Below are positions 62,119 through 64,000 of a DNA stretch of 64,000 nt, piece after piece. The stretch is from contig JBNRSN020000026.1 in the NCBI GenBank assembly GCA_051313645.2, positions 65,038,001-65,102,000 on the forward strand, written 5' to 3'. The stretch comes from Centroscyllium fabricii. Lineage: Eukaryota. How positions within the stretch are numbered: the first letter of the stretch is position 1; every line of letters begins with the position of its first letter. Below the pieces are notes generated by a model, which searched no databases, had not been told where the DNA came from, and saw nothing but the letters and a program-made list of their open reading frames with translations. A program made the position numbers and the translations under genes.

Positions 62119-62698
62119 TGTAACGGGTGTAGGTTGGGCCCAAATGCAATACACCGAAACAGCATATGTAGAAGTAAACTACTTTATTTCTGGGCAGTAG
62201 AAAACACTGGTAACAGTGGGTCGATATATAGGCAGAAAGTTCACGGAGGTAACAAGTCCCAAAACAGAGGTCAGGCAGAAAAGAATCCAAATACCAAAAA
62301 CAGATCAATACCGGGTAGTCAGTCCATGAAAGCGACAAATCCAAAACGGGGTCAGGCAGAAGAGAATCCAAATACCAAAAACAGATCAATACCGGGTAGT
62401 CAGTCCACGAAAGCGACAAATCCAAAACGGGGTCAGGCAGAAGAGAATCCAAATTCCAGAAAGCAGGTCAGTATCTCGAACAGGCAGGATAAGAACAAAA
62501 CACAGGTTACCTCAGTCAGAAAGCACAAAATGATCTGGCAACCACTGGGTAGAAAACTGGGGTTTAAATACAGCTCCTGATTGTCACTGGTGACTCTGGG
62601 CTGTTCAATCAGGTGCGAGCAGTAGAGCTAACGAGGTGGTTGCCAAGCAGAGCTAATAAGGTAGTTGCCAGTTAAAGAGGAAGAGCCAACCTATGACA
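62119..62698. mobile_element. Solo LTR with internal 81-bp tandem repeat
   Basis: TGTAAC...TGACA ends; perfect 5-bp TSD TGGAC; 81-bp unit, about 2.3 copies, at 62269-62454. Confidence 0.88.
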
Positions 62699-63156
62699 TG
62701 GACACTGGTGTCTATGGACCTAAGGCACAACTACATAGCTATGGCTGAGGAGAACTGCCTTCGCTGCTTACACTTCACTGGGGAATCAGTCACGGAGAAA
62801 TGCAATCTCCTTCAGCTGGACCTTCAGACAACTTTCATAATAGGCTGTTGTTCCAAAATGGAGATGGCTGTACAAGTGGTTGTCAGGGTGGCCACAGCCT
62901 AAAACATCTATGGTCTCAATAAAACTACATCTGTGGCAAATCAGAGTTGGCCTTACCTAGTCTGGATGAAGAGTTGCACGTGAAATGTTAACTTGTCTGC
63001 CCTGGCCCGCTAAGTGTTTCCAGCAGTATTTATTTTTAGTGCCTTTATACACACTGGGCCGATTCCACAGTACAATTGAGAGAGAAAGGTGCTGGCGTAC
63101 TAAAAATAAAGGTAGTTAACAACTGCTGAGTATCCATATAGAAATCTCCAGTTTTA

Positions 63157-63838
63157 CATAGAAACACAGAAAATAGGAGCAGGAGTAGGCCATTCGGCCC
63201 TTCGAGCCTGCTCCGCCATTCAATGAGATCATGGCTGATCATCCAAACCCAGTACCCCGTGATGCACAATCAATTACGCCAGTCGATGGTGAGATGTAAT
63301 CGAGGCTTTTATTCACATAGAACAGGACACAGGTCCGACGATCTTCCAAGCCAAAGTGAGAGCACTCAGGTGTGCTCTCACTTTTATACCCAGTGGGCGG
63401 AGCCTGGGGAGGAAGCCGAGGAGCGGCGTCCTCCCAGGTGAGTCCTCCCTGGCAGGGAGACGTTACATGCAGTTACAGGAAGGGGACATAAGGGGGAGAC
63501 ATATATATACAACATACAGTGGTTTACCACATTCCGCCCCTGTCCTCTCCCCATATCCCTCGATCCCCATCGAGCCGGCACCAACACATATCCCACCCTA
63601 TCCCCGTAACCCCCACATACTCAATCCCCCTAACACTAAGGGTCAATTTATCATGGCCAATCAACCTAACCCCACACATCTTTGGACTGTGGGAGGAAAC
63701 CGGAGCACCCGGAGGAAACCCACGCAGACACGGGGAGAATGTGCAAACTCCGCACAGATAGTACCCGAGGCTGGATTTGAACCCGGGTCTCTTGTGCTGT
63801 GAGGCAACAGTGCTAACCACTGTGCCACCGTGCCACCC
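63157..63838 (-). mobile_element. HE1-like V-SINE, long-tail form, interrupted by a solo LTR
   Basis: Head at 63838, V domain, CR1 tail to about 63157. Confidence 0.9.
63260..63531. mobile_element. Solo LTR inside the SINE
   Basis: TGATGCAC...TACCACA; degenerate 5-bp TSD ccccg/ttccg; SINE is continuous across it. Confidence 0.75.
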
Positions 63839-64000
63839 ATGTTGTAGTGGAAAGTGGAATGTTTTTTCCTACTTGTAACGTTAATAAATAAGGAACATGA
63901 GGGGAATAGTGCAAGGTTTTATCTGTTAATACAGGTATCTGTACTACAGTTGTATTAACAGCGCAAGCTGTAAAAATTGGAGGGGATATTTAATATCCAT

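Noticed and set aside
62029-62580. 183-aa ORF with 27-aa repeats
   Set aside because: Lies mostly in a solo LTR and reflects its 81-bp tandem repeat
62955-63040. Additional hammerhead in a degenerate Penelope tail
   Set aside because: Core and stem II are too mutated to support

Overview
Repeat-dominated vertebrate genomic DNA. The HE1/V-SINEs, Deu-domain SINEs, CR1, Penelope and Harbinger content points to a shark or other cartilaginous fish. The only host gene segment I can support is the last coding exon of a SUMO1-type gene (25416-25484, +) with a ~1.8 kb repeat-free 3' UTR, so the first 25 kb is probably one long intron. The rest is a nested mosaic: many CR1 and other LINE fragments (RTE, Rex1, L2), a young CsRn1-type Gypsy LTR element whose integrase is split by a young CR1, several solo LTRs, Tc1/mariner, hAT and PIF/Harbinger MITEs, and three tandem arrays including a 3.3 kb G/CpG-rich satellite. 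The most notable pattern is a set of Penelope-derived non-coding elements, some fold-back, carrying minimal hammerhead ribozyme motifs and 12-15 bp target-site duplications. Coordinates were read by eye and may be off by a few bases. Family assignments are from motif recognition, not database searches.
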